Shown here piece after piece: positions 39,574-48,591 of a stretch of 62,793 nucleotides of DNA. Positions within the stretch are counted from its first letter, which is position 1. The number at the start of each line of letters is the position of its first letter. The stretch is from a virus (taxonomy: Duplodnaviria > Caudoviricetes), in IMG/VR virus record IMGVR_UViG_3300035659_000011, positions 1 through 62,793 of that record. One strand, 5' to 3'. The notes under the pieces were generated by a model. The model was not told where the DNA came from and ran no database searches. It was given only the letters and a program-made list of their open reading frames with translations. The position numbers and the translations under genes were made by a program.

Positions 39574-40494
39574 TCAAGAGAATGTAGAGATAAACTCGTT
39601 GAATTTTTGCAGCATCGTAGAGAAACCATACAACTTCATCATGTCACGTAGTTGATGATAGTCAGCATCACTCTGATCAATAACCAACTCTATATCAAAC
39701 TTCTTCTGAATAGTTACTAACTTCTTAGACAACAATAATTGCTCTTTTGAAGCATTAATCTTTTGCTGTAGCTTTTCACTGACTTCTTTCTTCGTGCCAT
39801 CTTTTGCAAATTTATAATGTACATCTGCTTTAACAATATCTTCAATTGTGCCATTACATTGCACTAGCTTTGCTGCTGTCTTCTTACCTATACCTTCAAT
39901 TCCGGCTACATTATCTGAAGAATCACCTTGTAATGCTAACCAATCAATAAACTGACTTGGTTTCACTCTATATTCTTCTTCTACTACTTCAGGTGTCATT
40001 ATCTTATCGCCATCTTCACCTGAATTAGGATGCGCAACACTAACACGACTACTAACCAACTGATTGAAGTCTTTATCGCCTGATATTATTAAAACATCAT
40101 ATCCCTTCAATCTAGCCTGTATTGTCAATACTCCAATAATATCATCTGCTTCTGTATTAGGTAATTGCACTTGCATGACACCTAATACTCTAATGAAGTC
40201 TTTTGTTAAACCAATTTGGAATAGAAATTCTGGTGTCTTTTTTGCTCTTGTAGCTTTATATTCGACACTTAATTCTTGTCTGAAATTTTTGCCGCCACCA
40301 TCCCAAACAACAATAACTTTATCATTTTCCTGTTTATAACGATCAAACATTTTCTTTAGCGACCACAAAAAGCCGTACGTAGCACCCGTAAGCACTTCAC
40401 GATCATCAATAGTCACTTTCAAATCTTGAAATGACGGCACGTGATACGTACGACTTAGTAAGTGATTCGCATCTATCAGTATTACTTTTTTCAT
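39574..40494 (-). CDS. 5'-3' exonuclease / flap endonuclease (PolI N-terminal / T4 RNase H-like)
   Basis: LIDAN, VWDG, FRQEL..EYKATR, EADDII, SGDKDF, LQGDSSDNVAGIEGIGKKTA. Confidence 0.93.
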   Translation of the reverse strand: MKKVILIDANHLLSRTYHVPSFQDLKVTIDDREVLTGATYGFLWSLKKMFDRYKQENDKVIVVWDGGGKNFRQELSVEYKATRAKKTPEFLFQIGLTKDFIRVLGVMQVQLPNTEADDIIGVLTIQARLKGYDVLIISGDKDFNQLVSSRVSVAHPNSGEDGDKIMTPEVVEEEYRVKPSQFIDWLALQGDSSDNVAGIEGIGKKTAAKLVQCNGTIEDIVKADVHYKFAKDGTKKEVSEKLQQKINASKEQLLLSKKLVTIQKKFDIELVIDQSDADYHQLRDMMKLYGFSTMLQKFNEFISTFS

Positions 40495-41013
40495 CAGCCT
40501 TTTGCTTCAACCTTTTCTTTTGCATGAGCTTCTTTTGTCTTCATGATCTTGTCGACGTTCTCCCAATGTATGCCGTACTGCTCTAAGACGTAAGAAAAAT
40601 CTTTGATATCGTGGTCTTCGCACTTGCGATAGTCCTTCTCTCCTTCTTCAAACCCAAGCGCTGGCACATGTAATAGTTCATGCAAAATCAATACGTACTT
40701 TTCTGATTGAGTAATCATAACCCAATGCTCTAAATGCACACTAAGTACATAATCAATATTAGCAAACAAACCAAACATAGGCTTCATGCCAAAAATCTTA
40801 GCCTGATTCTTAGACCGTTTCCTTGAAAATGCGACATAACCAATTTTACTTGGTTTGATATGACTAAGCTTTTCAGGAAACATCTCAATGAGTTCACTAA
40901 CAATGGGTTTGATGTCATCGCGAGTTTGCCACTTAGGCACATCAAGCTTCTTTTTTTCCTGCTGTTCATCATCGGGATTGTCTAATTGAATTGCTGTAGG
41001 ACGGGGCATCATT
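40494..41013 (-). CDS. phage putative metallopeptidase
   Basis: LILHELLH zincin motif, DHDIKDF; likely start after AAGGAG. Confidence 0.75.
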
Positions 41014-41073
41014 GACTCCTTTGTTAAGTTAATATGCTGTTTGACAGTTACCAAACTCGTGTTTCACGATTTC

Positions 41074-41409
41074 TTATAGCTCCTCAAAGAAAGGGTAGAA
41101 CGGATTATCTTTGTGTTCCAACTTGTCTTTAATAAAGATCTCTAAACCTTTCCCAGGGTTGTGGTACTCCAAAGTATCAACTGTAGCTGAGAGACCTACT
41201 TGATTTGCTGCTGTAATACAAGCAGGCATAGCTTTGTCGTACTGCTCTTTGAATGTAGTGACTCCCAATATGGCACTCAGCTCCCATATCAAACATTCCT
41301 TAAAAGCTATAGCCCCAGCATAAGCTGCTGCTATTTTGTCCCGCGGGGTTTTGTATACTCTGGAGTTAATGTCCACATATACAGGCTCTGGGTGTAGTTT
41401 TGGATACAT
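41074..41409 (-). CDS. hypothetical protein
   Basis: 111 aa; AAGGAG RBS. Confidence 0.65.
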   Translation of the reverse strand: MYPKLHPEPVYVDINSRVYKTPRDKIAAAYAGAIAFKECLIWELSAILGVTTFKEQYDKAMPACITAANQVGLSATVDTLEYHNPGKGLEIFIKDKLEHKDNPFYPFFEEL

Positions 41410-41440
41410 AGTTTACTCGACTCCTTTGAATATAGTCTCT

Positions 41441-41463
41441 TATACTAAAAATGTCAATAGATT
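41441..41463 (-). promoter_or_regulatory. repeated upstream motif AATCTATTGAC-N7-GTATA (copy 2)
   Basis: AATCTATTGACATTTTTAGTATA upstream of the 41409 start. Confidence 0.55.
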
Positions 41464-41474
41464 AACGAACTAGT

Positions 41475-41963
41475 TTAAACTAACATATCAAACATTGTAA
41501 ATAATTTAGTAAGATAAGAATATACAAATACAGTTATATTAGCAGATTTGTCAGGTGCATTGCCGGCGATATTTAATGTTTCTACATGGTTTTCATTTAA
41601 CCATGTGCAAACTCTCTCAAATTCTAAATCTGCAATACTTGAGAAATTTCTAATTGGTATGTCCAAATAAGGTTTATTGCATAATTTGATAGCTTTCAAT
41701 GTACATTTTTCACCCGAAGAATTCCAATCTGAAGCAAACCTAATTGTCGCGTCTGATTCATTTACATTTTTGAATGTTCGTTCTTTGTAATCACCAAATT
41801 CAATCAAATTATATTGTTTTGCACGATCAACATTTGGTCCACTTAATGTCAAACAGCCTATAGGTATAAACCCACTAGTTTCAATGTTACAATGTCGTGC
41901 AGCCATTAAGCCGGCAGTATCAGCACCGTCTTGTCCACCAGATATGACTTTTTTCAATATCAT
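41475..41963 (-). CDS. SLOG superfamily protein ('putative molybdenum carrier')
   Basis: KVISGGQDGAD, YKERTFKNV.ESDAT, LNIAGN. Confidence 0.82.
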   Translation of the reverse strand: MILKKVISGGQDGADTAGLMAARHCNIETSGFIPIGCLTLSGPNVDRAKQYNLIEFGDYKERTFKNVNESDATIRFASDWNSSGEKCTLKAIKLCNKPYLDIPIRNFSSIADLEFERVCTWLNENHVETLNIAGNAPDKSANITVFVYSYLTKLFTMFDMLV

Positions 41964-41972
41964 AGATGATTA

Positions 41973-41995
41973 TATACTGAAAATGTCAATAGATT
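41973..41995 (-). promoter_or_regulatory. repeated upstream motif AATCTATTGAC-N7-GTATA (copy 3)
   Basis: AATCTATTGACATTTTCAGTATA upstream of the 41963 start. Confidence 0.55.
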
Positions 41996-42026
41996 TAATG
42001 CTAATTCAAAAAAACGACAAAATAAA

Positions 42027-42105
42027 AGCTCGTAATTGGAAGGAAAAACGAGTTCTCACCTAACTCGTACCAGTCCTTACGGATACTGACTTCCAATCAC
42101 GAGCT
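42027..42105 (-). ncRNA. candidate structured RNA (three-way junction) followed by a U-rich tract
   Basis: 16-bp closing stem, GUAA-capped hairpin and 7-bp hairpin (see findings). Confidence 0.4.
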
Positions 42106-42733
42106 ATATTGATTGTCTCATCAACTTATGCACAATTTTTGAAATGTCGCGATTGCCCATCATCAATTGTCGCAACGCCCAATTGTAAAATGAAGTATAA
42201 CACGGCCTGCAAAACACGCACTTTGATTCATCTGATACTACACCTATTATTTTGCCTTCAAATATGTTACCAAACATTGTTCGACGTTGTTCTTGTGACC
42301 ACGGATGACCATCAACTTCGTCTTTTAGTTCCTGACAAATACAGTTAGTTAGATCTGTACTCATCGTTTTACGCATAAATTCGTCTGCATCAGCAATGTT
42401 AGCAGAGCAGATACAACATTTTCTATCTCGAGGTCTTTCAGCAAATGAAAATAATGATGTGACTTTAGTATATGGCATGAATGCATATAACAAGTGAGTC
42501 ATGAATTTTCGTGATCGTTCATTCGTCCACATGTTGTTAAGTTTGACAAATTCTTCAGAATCATCTGGTCGGCTATAAGCAGAAGAAGGTATTCTCTCTG
42601 ATTGTCGCTTTTCTTGCTCTCTTTTCTTTGCTTCTTCAACTAACGCTTGCTGCTTTTCTTTCTCAACTCTTTCAATATCTGTCGTTGCTACAACTCCTGA
42701 CTTAAGCAATGCTTCTGCAAATGATGTAGCCAT
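42104..42733 (-). CDS. hypothetical Zn-binding protein
   Basis: CCIC..CRPC motifs. Confidence 0.7.
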   Translation of the reverse strand: MATSFAEALLKSGVVATTDIERVEKEKQQALVEEAKKREQEKRQSERIPSSAYSRPDDSEEFVKLNNMWTNERSRKFMTHLLYAFMPYTKVTSLFSFAERPRDRKCCICSANIADADEFMRKTMSTDLTNCICQELKDEVDGHPWSQEQRRTMFGNIFEGKIIGVVSDESKCVFCRPCYTSFYNWALRQLMMGNRDISKIVHKLMRQSI

Positions 42734-42737
42734 AATG

Positions 42738-43034
42738 TTAACTCTTTCTAAGCTGCGGCCATTGAGGGCCCATTCTTTCTCTTACATGTTTACATATCGC
42801 ACAATTGCATTCTTCAGATGCGGGAGTTTCTGCCCAACCCCGAGAATCACTTTCATTTTCTGTCTTCAAACGTTCAACGAACTGATAACGCTCCCCTATT
42901 TTCTTCAACACTTCATGCTCCAGATCTTGTAACTTTACTCCCAGGTCATAGAGAGTTTTCTTCTCATCATCAAGGACATGAATGAGTTCCCAAAAGGCTT
43001 CTGAAAGTTCTCCACTATAATGAGAGTCTGTCAT
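42738..43034 (-). CDS. hypothetical protein
   Basis: 98 aa; CNCAIC. Confidence 0.6.
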   Translation of the reverse strand: MTDSHYSGELSEAFWELIHVLDDEKKTLYDLGVKLQDLEHEVLKKIGERYQFVERLKTENESDSRGWAETPASEECNCAICKHVRERMGPQWPQLRKS

Positions 43035-43264
43035 GATTGCATTTCCTTTTCAAATTCAATCGCATCCCATAAAACCAGCCCACACAAATAAAGTGACTCT
43101 AACAACGTCATAATACAACAATATACTATAATAAAGACACTGTGATTAACAGTAACAGCTATCAAACTTGCAACCCATAATGCCATGATTGTTAGTGATA
43201 AAATTGTTCGAAACGGTGCAACGAAAAGCGGTCGACAGGTTCTAAAAAATTTGTCTTTCATCAT
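43031..43264 (-). CDS. small membrane protein
   Basis: Two hydrophobic segments. Confidence 0.6.
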   Translation of the reverse strand: MMKDKFFRTCRPLFVAPFRTILSLTIMALWVASLIAVTVNHSVFIIVYCCIMTLLESLYLCGLVLWDAIEFEKEMQS

Positions 43265-44892
43265 TTACCCTTTGAAAATTGACACGCTTCTATGAACCAG
43301 TCAGGCAAAATACTTCTATTACGTTGAATGAATCCTCTAGCACCACTGTCAAAGATATATGCTGTTCCCCAGTCTTCTTCTGATCTAAATATCCGGCCAT
43401 AACTTTGTACTAATGTCAAACAAGTTTGCCAATTGTACCAGTCAGGATCAATCGCCATCCTTCTAGATACTTGCTTATCGCCAAGGTATAGATATGGTAT
43501 CTTAACTATTACTTCCCATCGAGCCAAATCATCTTTAAGATCAAGACCTTCTGTCATTGATGGTGACACAAGTACGCTTGGTTCATCTGACAACATGAAC
43601 TTCTGTAGCATTTTCTCACGAGTCAATGTATCATGAAATATCAATCGAGAGTCTTGAAGATTTTCTTGTATATAATTTGCAATTTTATACGAGTGACAAT
43701 GAATTAATCCTCGCTCGTTCTTATGATAGTTTAGTGCTTTCTTCAAGTCATTAACAATTTCAGGTAATGTGTCGTTAATGTTAGCCATGTTCATGTAGCC
43801 AGAGTTAGTGAAGAATATCTTTCGATTTTCTGCTGGAAATGTTGACGGTACTCGAATAAAGGCAGCTTCGTCAGGTTCAATGCCTAAACTATGACAAAAA
43901 CTCTTTTTGTCAAGAATAGTAGCTGACAGATATAATCGTTGTTGACCATACTTTAATAGGCAATCAGGTGCAAACATGTCAATTGTCAATGGTCTGAAAG
44001 CTATCCGTTTCATCTTTAGCTTTTCAGTTTTTTCAACTGTGAATACCCATTCTACAGTGCCAAGAGTATTCAAAAACGTCGTCATTCGCCGATAAAGTCT
44101 ATCAATATCTTCAACTTGAGATACTAATTCTGTCGCTTCGCCTGATAATTTCTTAAATTCATGAGATACTCGATCAATACCAACTCTATATCGATTCAAC
44201 GTGTCTAGTTCTGCATTTTTCTTACCCAATATCGTCTTTACTTGTTCAATATTGTCTTTCATCCACACTTCATACTGTTCCAGTGACTCATATGTCGGTA
44301 TTGACACTGGATATCCAGCACGCTTAAACATGAATTCAGACAGCAGAAACTCAACCTGACCCATCAACTCGCTTTCAAGTGAATGCGCTTCGTCGCATAT
44401 CAGCAGCTTACGTTCTCCAAATGCTTTGCTTGGATCGCAATCAGTGACGTTCAAAAAATATGAATAATTCATCAGTGCTATCTGTGCTGCTATCGTTCGC
44501 TTTTTTGCAATTTGATAAAGGCACGTGCCATCTTTATAGCATTGCTTTTTTGCAGGTTCATAACACTCATTGCACATTGTAGGTTCGCCCAAAAATGTAC
44601 ATTCATAATTGCCTCGACCCTTCATCACAGATATTCTAGGATCTTCAGTAAAATCTTTAGTATATTGATCTTGCAAAATCTTTTGTGATGTAAGACAATA
44701 AGAATTCTCAGACCACAATCCACATGCAATAGCTACCGGAGACTTTCCTGATCCTGTAGGCATCTCAATGATAATGTCTTTGACACCATCAACAAGACAT
44801 TGCTGTATTTTATCAATAGTCTCTCGTTGATGAGGTCTATATGAAGGGAATAAGAAAAAGTCAGTTATGTTTTTTTGATCAAATCGTACCAT
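43261..44892 (-). CDS. DinG/XPD-family SF2 helicase
   Basis: RPHQ, MPTGSGKS, KGRGNYEC..C..C..CLY (Fe-S), DEAH, LSAT, EGLDL, QSYGRIFRS. Confidence 0.9.
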   Translation of the reverse strand: MVRFDQKNITDFFLFPSYRPHQRETIDKIQQCLVDGVKDIIIEMPTGSGKSPVAIACGLWSENSYCLTSQKILQDQYTKDFTEDPRISVMKGRGNYECTFLGEPTMCNECYEPAKKQCYKDGTCLYQIAKKRTIAAQIALMNYSYFLNVTDCDPSKAFGERKLLICDEAHSLESELMGQVEFLLSEFMFKRAGYPVSIPTYESLEQYEVWMKDNIEQVKTILGKKNAELDTLNRYRVGIDRVSHEFKKLSGEATELVSQVEDIDRLYRRMTTFLNTLGTVEWVFTVEKTEKLKMKRIAFRPLTIDMFAPDCLLKYGQQRLYLSATILDKKSFCHSLGIEPDEAAFIRVPSTFPAENRKIFFTNSGYMNMANINDTLPEIVNDLKKALNYHKNERGLIHCHSYKIANYIQENLQDSRLIFHDTLTREKMLQKFMLSDEPSVLVSPSMTEGLDLKDDLARWEVIVKIPYLYLGDKQVSRRMAIDPDWYNWQTCLTLVQSYGRIFRSEEDWGTAYIFDSGARGFIQRNRSILPDWFIEACQFSKGK

Positions 44893-45401
44893 TATCGTAA
44901 CCCCAGCGATGTTTTCATTGTAATAAATGCTTCAGCATTACCTTTAGCATCATCAACTGGATTGTGAGTATGTCTAGTTACTCGCAGATGTTTGAAACTT
45001 GATCTCATGTCTTTCATCATACCTTTGTACAATGACCCTAGATTCGTTGAACTATAACCAAAAGGGTTATTATTTGTAAAATGATGGAAATACCAATTAA
45101 TGAATTGCCAATCATATCCATTGTTATCTGATATGAACATTGGCCGATCATTACTATTTAGTCTCAGCCATTCTGTAAATTTCAACATCACTGAAGAAGG
45201 ATCTGCAAACGTTAGAGTCTTTTCACGAGAAAATCCGCTGATAGCTAGAGCTTCTGGAATCCATTTTTCAGAAATAGGTTTCAATTCTGAATAAAATGTC
45301 TTAGTTAAACCTGGTTCAACAATAACTGCTCCAAAACAAATCATCGAATAGTCTCCCGGAATTGGACCGTCAGATTCTACATCAACCATAACATAACTCA
45401 T
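44892..45401 (-). CDS. DEDDh 3'-5' exonuclease
   Basis: VDVESDGP, YDWQF, HNPVDDA. Confidence 0.88.
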   Translation of the reverse strand: MSYVMVDVESDGPIPGDYSMICFGAVIVEPGLTKTFYSELKPISEKWIPEALAISGFSREKTLTFADPSSVMLKFTEWLRLNSNDRPMFISDNNGYDWQFINWYFHHFTNNNPFGYSSTNLGSLYKGMMKDMRSSFKHLRVTRHTHNPVDDAKGNAEAFITMKTSLGLR

Positions 45402-45410
45402 TCGAACCGC

Positions 45411-45632
45411 CTATCCAAAATCATGAAAGAATGCCACTGCTTTTGCGCTTTTCAGTTTATAAAATGCACCGTATCTATCATCAGTACAAATTTTAGCCAA
45501 TACATAAGGTTTATGACAATCAGTTCTTTTCTCAATCTTCCAGTCTGTTTTATAGCCCATTGCAAAATAATATTGAATCAAGTTATCATCTTTAACTCGA
45601 TTGTGAGATCTTATCCACTTTCGTGTCGTCAT
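45411..45632 (-). CDS. hypothetical protein
   Basis: 73 aa ORF. Confidence 0.55.
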   Translation of the reverse strand: MTTRKWIRSHNRVKDDNLIQYYFAMGYKTDWKIEKRTDCHKPYVLAKICTDDRYGAFYKLKSAKAVAFFHDFG

Positions 45633-46735
45633 TCTTGCGTCTTAAAAATATGAATAAGCTTTTTCATCACGTTATTAATGTCAAACAATTCTAACTTGTC
45701 AATATTTTCATCTAACAGTTCTTGTCTCTTCTCTATTCTCATCTCATTCAACATATTAACTACTTGTATCAAATCATAAGAATCTGATACTATGAGGTCT
45801 TTGTTTACAAATTGTTCAATGCCTCGCTGTTCTTTAAGACCAATAGCAATGACTCCATTTGCAGCAACTTCATGAATTCTCTGAGTTATATGACAATGAT
45901 CAGCGTAATTACTTTTACATAACAAAACTGTTGATAGACATTGTCGGTAGATATTACCCATTTCTCTTGGTAACACACGGTTAGCAAATTTGATACATGG
46001 AAAATTTGCATCATTACGTTTTGCTATTTCAGGATATTTTATCCAGTTACCAACAAACAACACTTGATGAGGATACTTAAATGAGAAGGGATTGATATAC
46101 TTGTAGACTTGCTCATCACGCTCATATTGAGAACCTACATAACCAATCAAGTGTTGGTAATGTTTGTTAACTCTAGTACCTTTGATTGATTGTAAATCAC
46201 ACGGAAACAATAGAGTTTTACGAATGAAGTGTTGCGTGATTGGGTAGATAGCAGGTGACAAAATTTCAATTTGGTAGGGCCATTTACGATTTGATTTTAA
46301 CCATAGTTCATCTATATCAGTTAGCTTTTCATCCTTATCCCAGATTATGATTCGAGTAGATGTCTTAATGTAATGTTCAAGTAATTCATTTTGTCTATCA
46401 TAATCTGGAGTATAATTACTACTTGTCTTACTAACATTGTGATTTCGACCAGGAATTATCCAACGCCATTCAAGAAATAAAATGTCAATGTTTGGAAAAC
46501 CAATATCATATTGAAGCTTACACAACGTCTGCCTTTGCATATTGAAATATTCTTTGTCTTGTGAAAACAATGGCTTGTTAAGATCATCAACATCTCGATT
46601 TTGTTGTAACCAGACAATGTCGTAGTTTTCATTTAAAAGATGTTCAATGAGTAAAGCTCTAGTAAGACGACCGCCGTCAGGAGAATCTACGACTCCGTCG
46701 CCAACAAAACCCCAAGCTGAATAACCAATTTTCAT
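45629..46735 (-). CDS. GT-B glycosyltransferase, DNA beta-glucosyltransferase-like
   Basis: MKIGYSAWGF.GDG..DSPDGGR, FLEWRW, YVGSQYERD, TQRIHE; adjacent to an NTP-PPase gene. Confidence 0.7.
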   Translation of the reverse strand: MKIGYSAWGFVGDGVVDSPDGGRLTRALLIEHLLNENYDIVWLQQNRDVDDLNKPLFSQDKEYFNMQRQTLCKLQYDIGFPNIDILFLEWRWIIPGRNHNVSKTSSNYTPDYDRQNELLEHYIKTSTRIIIWDKDEKLTDIDELWLKSNRKWPYQIEILSPAIYPITQHFIRKTLLFPCDLQSIKGTRVNKHYQHLIGYVGSQYERDEQVYKYINPFSFKYPHQVLFVGNWIKYPEIAKRNDANFPCIKFANRVLPREMGNIYRQCLSTVLLCKSNYADHCHITQRIHEVAANGVIAIGLKEQRGIEQFVNKDLIVSDSYDLIQVVNMLNEMRIEKRQELLDENIDKLELFDINNVMKKLIHIFKTQE

Positions 46736-46768
46736 GATTGATTAGTCCTATAGATTTGCAACGATTGG

Positions 46769-47113
46769 TCAGTAATTTTTGTCGTGAACGCGTTGAACGT
46801 TCTTTTTATTTTTGTCAACGAATGCTGCAATAAGATCTTCAGCATTCATCCCCCAACAGCAGGCCAAGTTGATTACAAAATGTTGAATATCGGCTACTTC
46901 TTCTCTAACATTCTGAATGTTGACAGGCTTTTTTGTTTTCTTATATGTCTTGAAATTTATCTCCCTTAACAACTCGTGAGTTTCTTCAGACAAGTACAAT
47001 ATCATGTCTCGTGTGTATGTTTCTTTTTCATCAATTGTCATTTTATCAAAATCGTGACCATGCAGTAATTGAAGGTTCTTTTGTAAATCAAATAGTGTTT
47101 GAAGGTCTGCCAT
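46769..47113 (-). CDS. MazG-like all-alpha NTP pyrophosphatase (dCTPase/dUTPase)
   Basis: EETHELLREI.FK, REEVADI, KNKKN.QR. Confidence 0.82.
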   Translation of the reverse strand: MADLQTLFDLQKNLQLLHGHDFDKMTIDEKETYTRDMILYLSEETHELLREINFKTYKKTKKPVNIQNVREEVADIQHFVINLACCWGMNAEDLIAAFVDKNKKNVQRVHDKNY

Positions 47114-47625
47114 TATGCCACCTTGACGTCATCTATTTTTAAGTTAGTGTATATTGCTCTATTGAAAATTTGAATCTCTATATTTAACGTGTTTATGTCT
47201 TTGATATCGATAACTCGTCCAGATAAGCCTTTACAATGGCCACCGACAATCTCAACCATATCACCAATCTTATACTTAAAAGCACTACTGATTTTTATAT
47301 TCCCTGCAATTGCTCTAACGACTTCCATTTCTTCGTCTCTAATATATAAAGCGTGGCCCAAGCCCAAAAATCTCATTACAAAGCTGACTTCGAGTACTGC
47401 TGATTGAATATCACTGTCGAGATTGGCACGGATGAATAAATAGCCAGGGTAGACAGTTATATTGCGAACGATTTTTTTGCGGCGAACTTCGTAGATTTCT
47501 TTTGCAGTAGGTAGCAGTACTTCATCAATTTTTTTATCTTCTACTAATGATCTGAGTCTATCTGCAATATAAAATTCTTTTCCTTGGACGACAAAAAGCG
47601 CATACCATTTAGAATTTTTAATCAT
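47113..47625 (-). CDS. nusG: NusG-family transcription elongation/antitermination factor
   Basis: KWYALFV.QGKE, VYPGYLFI (NGN), KOW GDMVEIVGG..KGLSG.V, IFNR. Confidence 0.9.
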   Translation of the reverse strand: MIKNSKWYALFVVQGKEFYIADRLRSLVEDKKIDEVLLPTAKEIYEVRRKKIVRNITVYPGYLFIRANLDSDIQSAVLEVSFVMRFLGLGHALYIRDEEMEVVRAIAGNIKISSAFKYKIGDMVEIVGGHCKGLSGRVIDIKDINTLNIEIQIFNRAIYTNLKIDDVKVA

Positions 47626-47663
47626 GTTGAATTTTTGACAAATTTCGCTCCTTGATTTACGAA

Positions 47664-48464
47664 CTAAATTGCGACGAGTCGCTTATCTGCTACCAAATCA
47701 AATTCTTCAATTGTCTCGTGCCTTATTTTCTTTATCGCTCTGGCAATCTTTCGCTTTTTAATTGCTGATATAGTGGGTTCTGATTTATTGTACTTTTTTG
47801 CTAATTCTTTACCAGTAATAAGACCTTGGATGTCACTTCTTATGAATATGTCATATTGCATTGGTGTCAATTCTTTTTTACATTTGTTCAATATAGCCTC
47901 TGCAATCACTGCTTCATCTTCTGATATATCATCAACTTTGTCAGCTATTATATCACTTAAAGTGGCTCCAGAACTATCATCATTGTTAACCGGTTTACTT
48001 AAACTGTCAGTGAAATAATGAGGACTTAATCTTTTAGTCACTTTTTTACCATTTGCGTCTTCAACACAAATTTCAACCGTGCGCTTTTTCTTGCGAAGTT
48101 CAACGAGGACTCTGTTTACAGTCTTTTCAAGTGCAGTATACATGTATGTAGAAAATTTAGTGCAAAAACTGAAATCAAACTTTTCTGACATAGCTTTATA
48201 TAGACAGCATAAACATCGTTGGTATAGATCATCTTCATTATAAATATCAAAACCATGTCTGGACTTTGATATTCGCCACCGTACATACTTCCTAATGACA
48301 GTATCCCATGAAGCTTTAGTTTCATTTTCTCTTTTGCGCATTAGCAACGTCTTAAATATCTGTACTCTCTTAGAATCTGTAGTTTGAGGACTTCGATATT
48401 GAGCAATTAACTGCTCATCAGTTATATAAGTAGGTTTAGAAACCGTAGCGGTTGAATTTAACAT
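47664..48464 (-). CDS. phage RNA polymerase sigma factor
   Basis: EDDLYQ..LYKAM.KFD...KFSTYMY (region 2), LTPMQ..KELAKKYNKSEPTIS (region 4). Confidence 0.82.
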   Translation of the reverse strand: MLNSTATVSKPTYITDEQLIAQYRSPQTTDSKRVQIFKTLLMRKRENETKASWDTVIRKYVRWRISKSRHGFDIYNEDDLYQRCLCCLYKAMSEKFDFSFCTKFSTYMYTALEKTVNRVLVELRKKKRTVEICVEDANGKKVTKRLSPHYFTDSLSKPVNNDDSSGATLSDIIADKVDDISEDEAVIAEAILNKCKKELTPMQYDIFIRSDIQGLITGKELAKKYNKSEPTISAIKKRKIARAIKKIRHETIEEFDLVADKRLVAI

Positions 48465-48591
48465 GAACCCCCCTTACAAACGAAGTGAAGTATTGTGGAT
48501 GGGTTTTGTGGTAGGAATTGCTAAAGCTAAAATTAACAGGCACCTAATGCTATATAAATAAATTAGAAACATTCCAAAAGTACATACCTTT

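Noticed and set aside
42027-42105. Hammerhead ribozyme or SRP RNA
   Set aside because: It lacks the CUGAnGA/GAAA core and the SRP helix-8 internal loop consensus.
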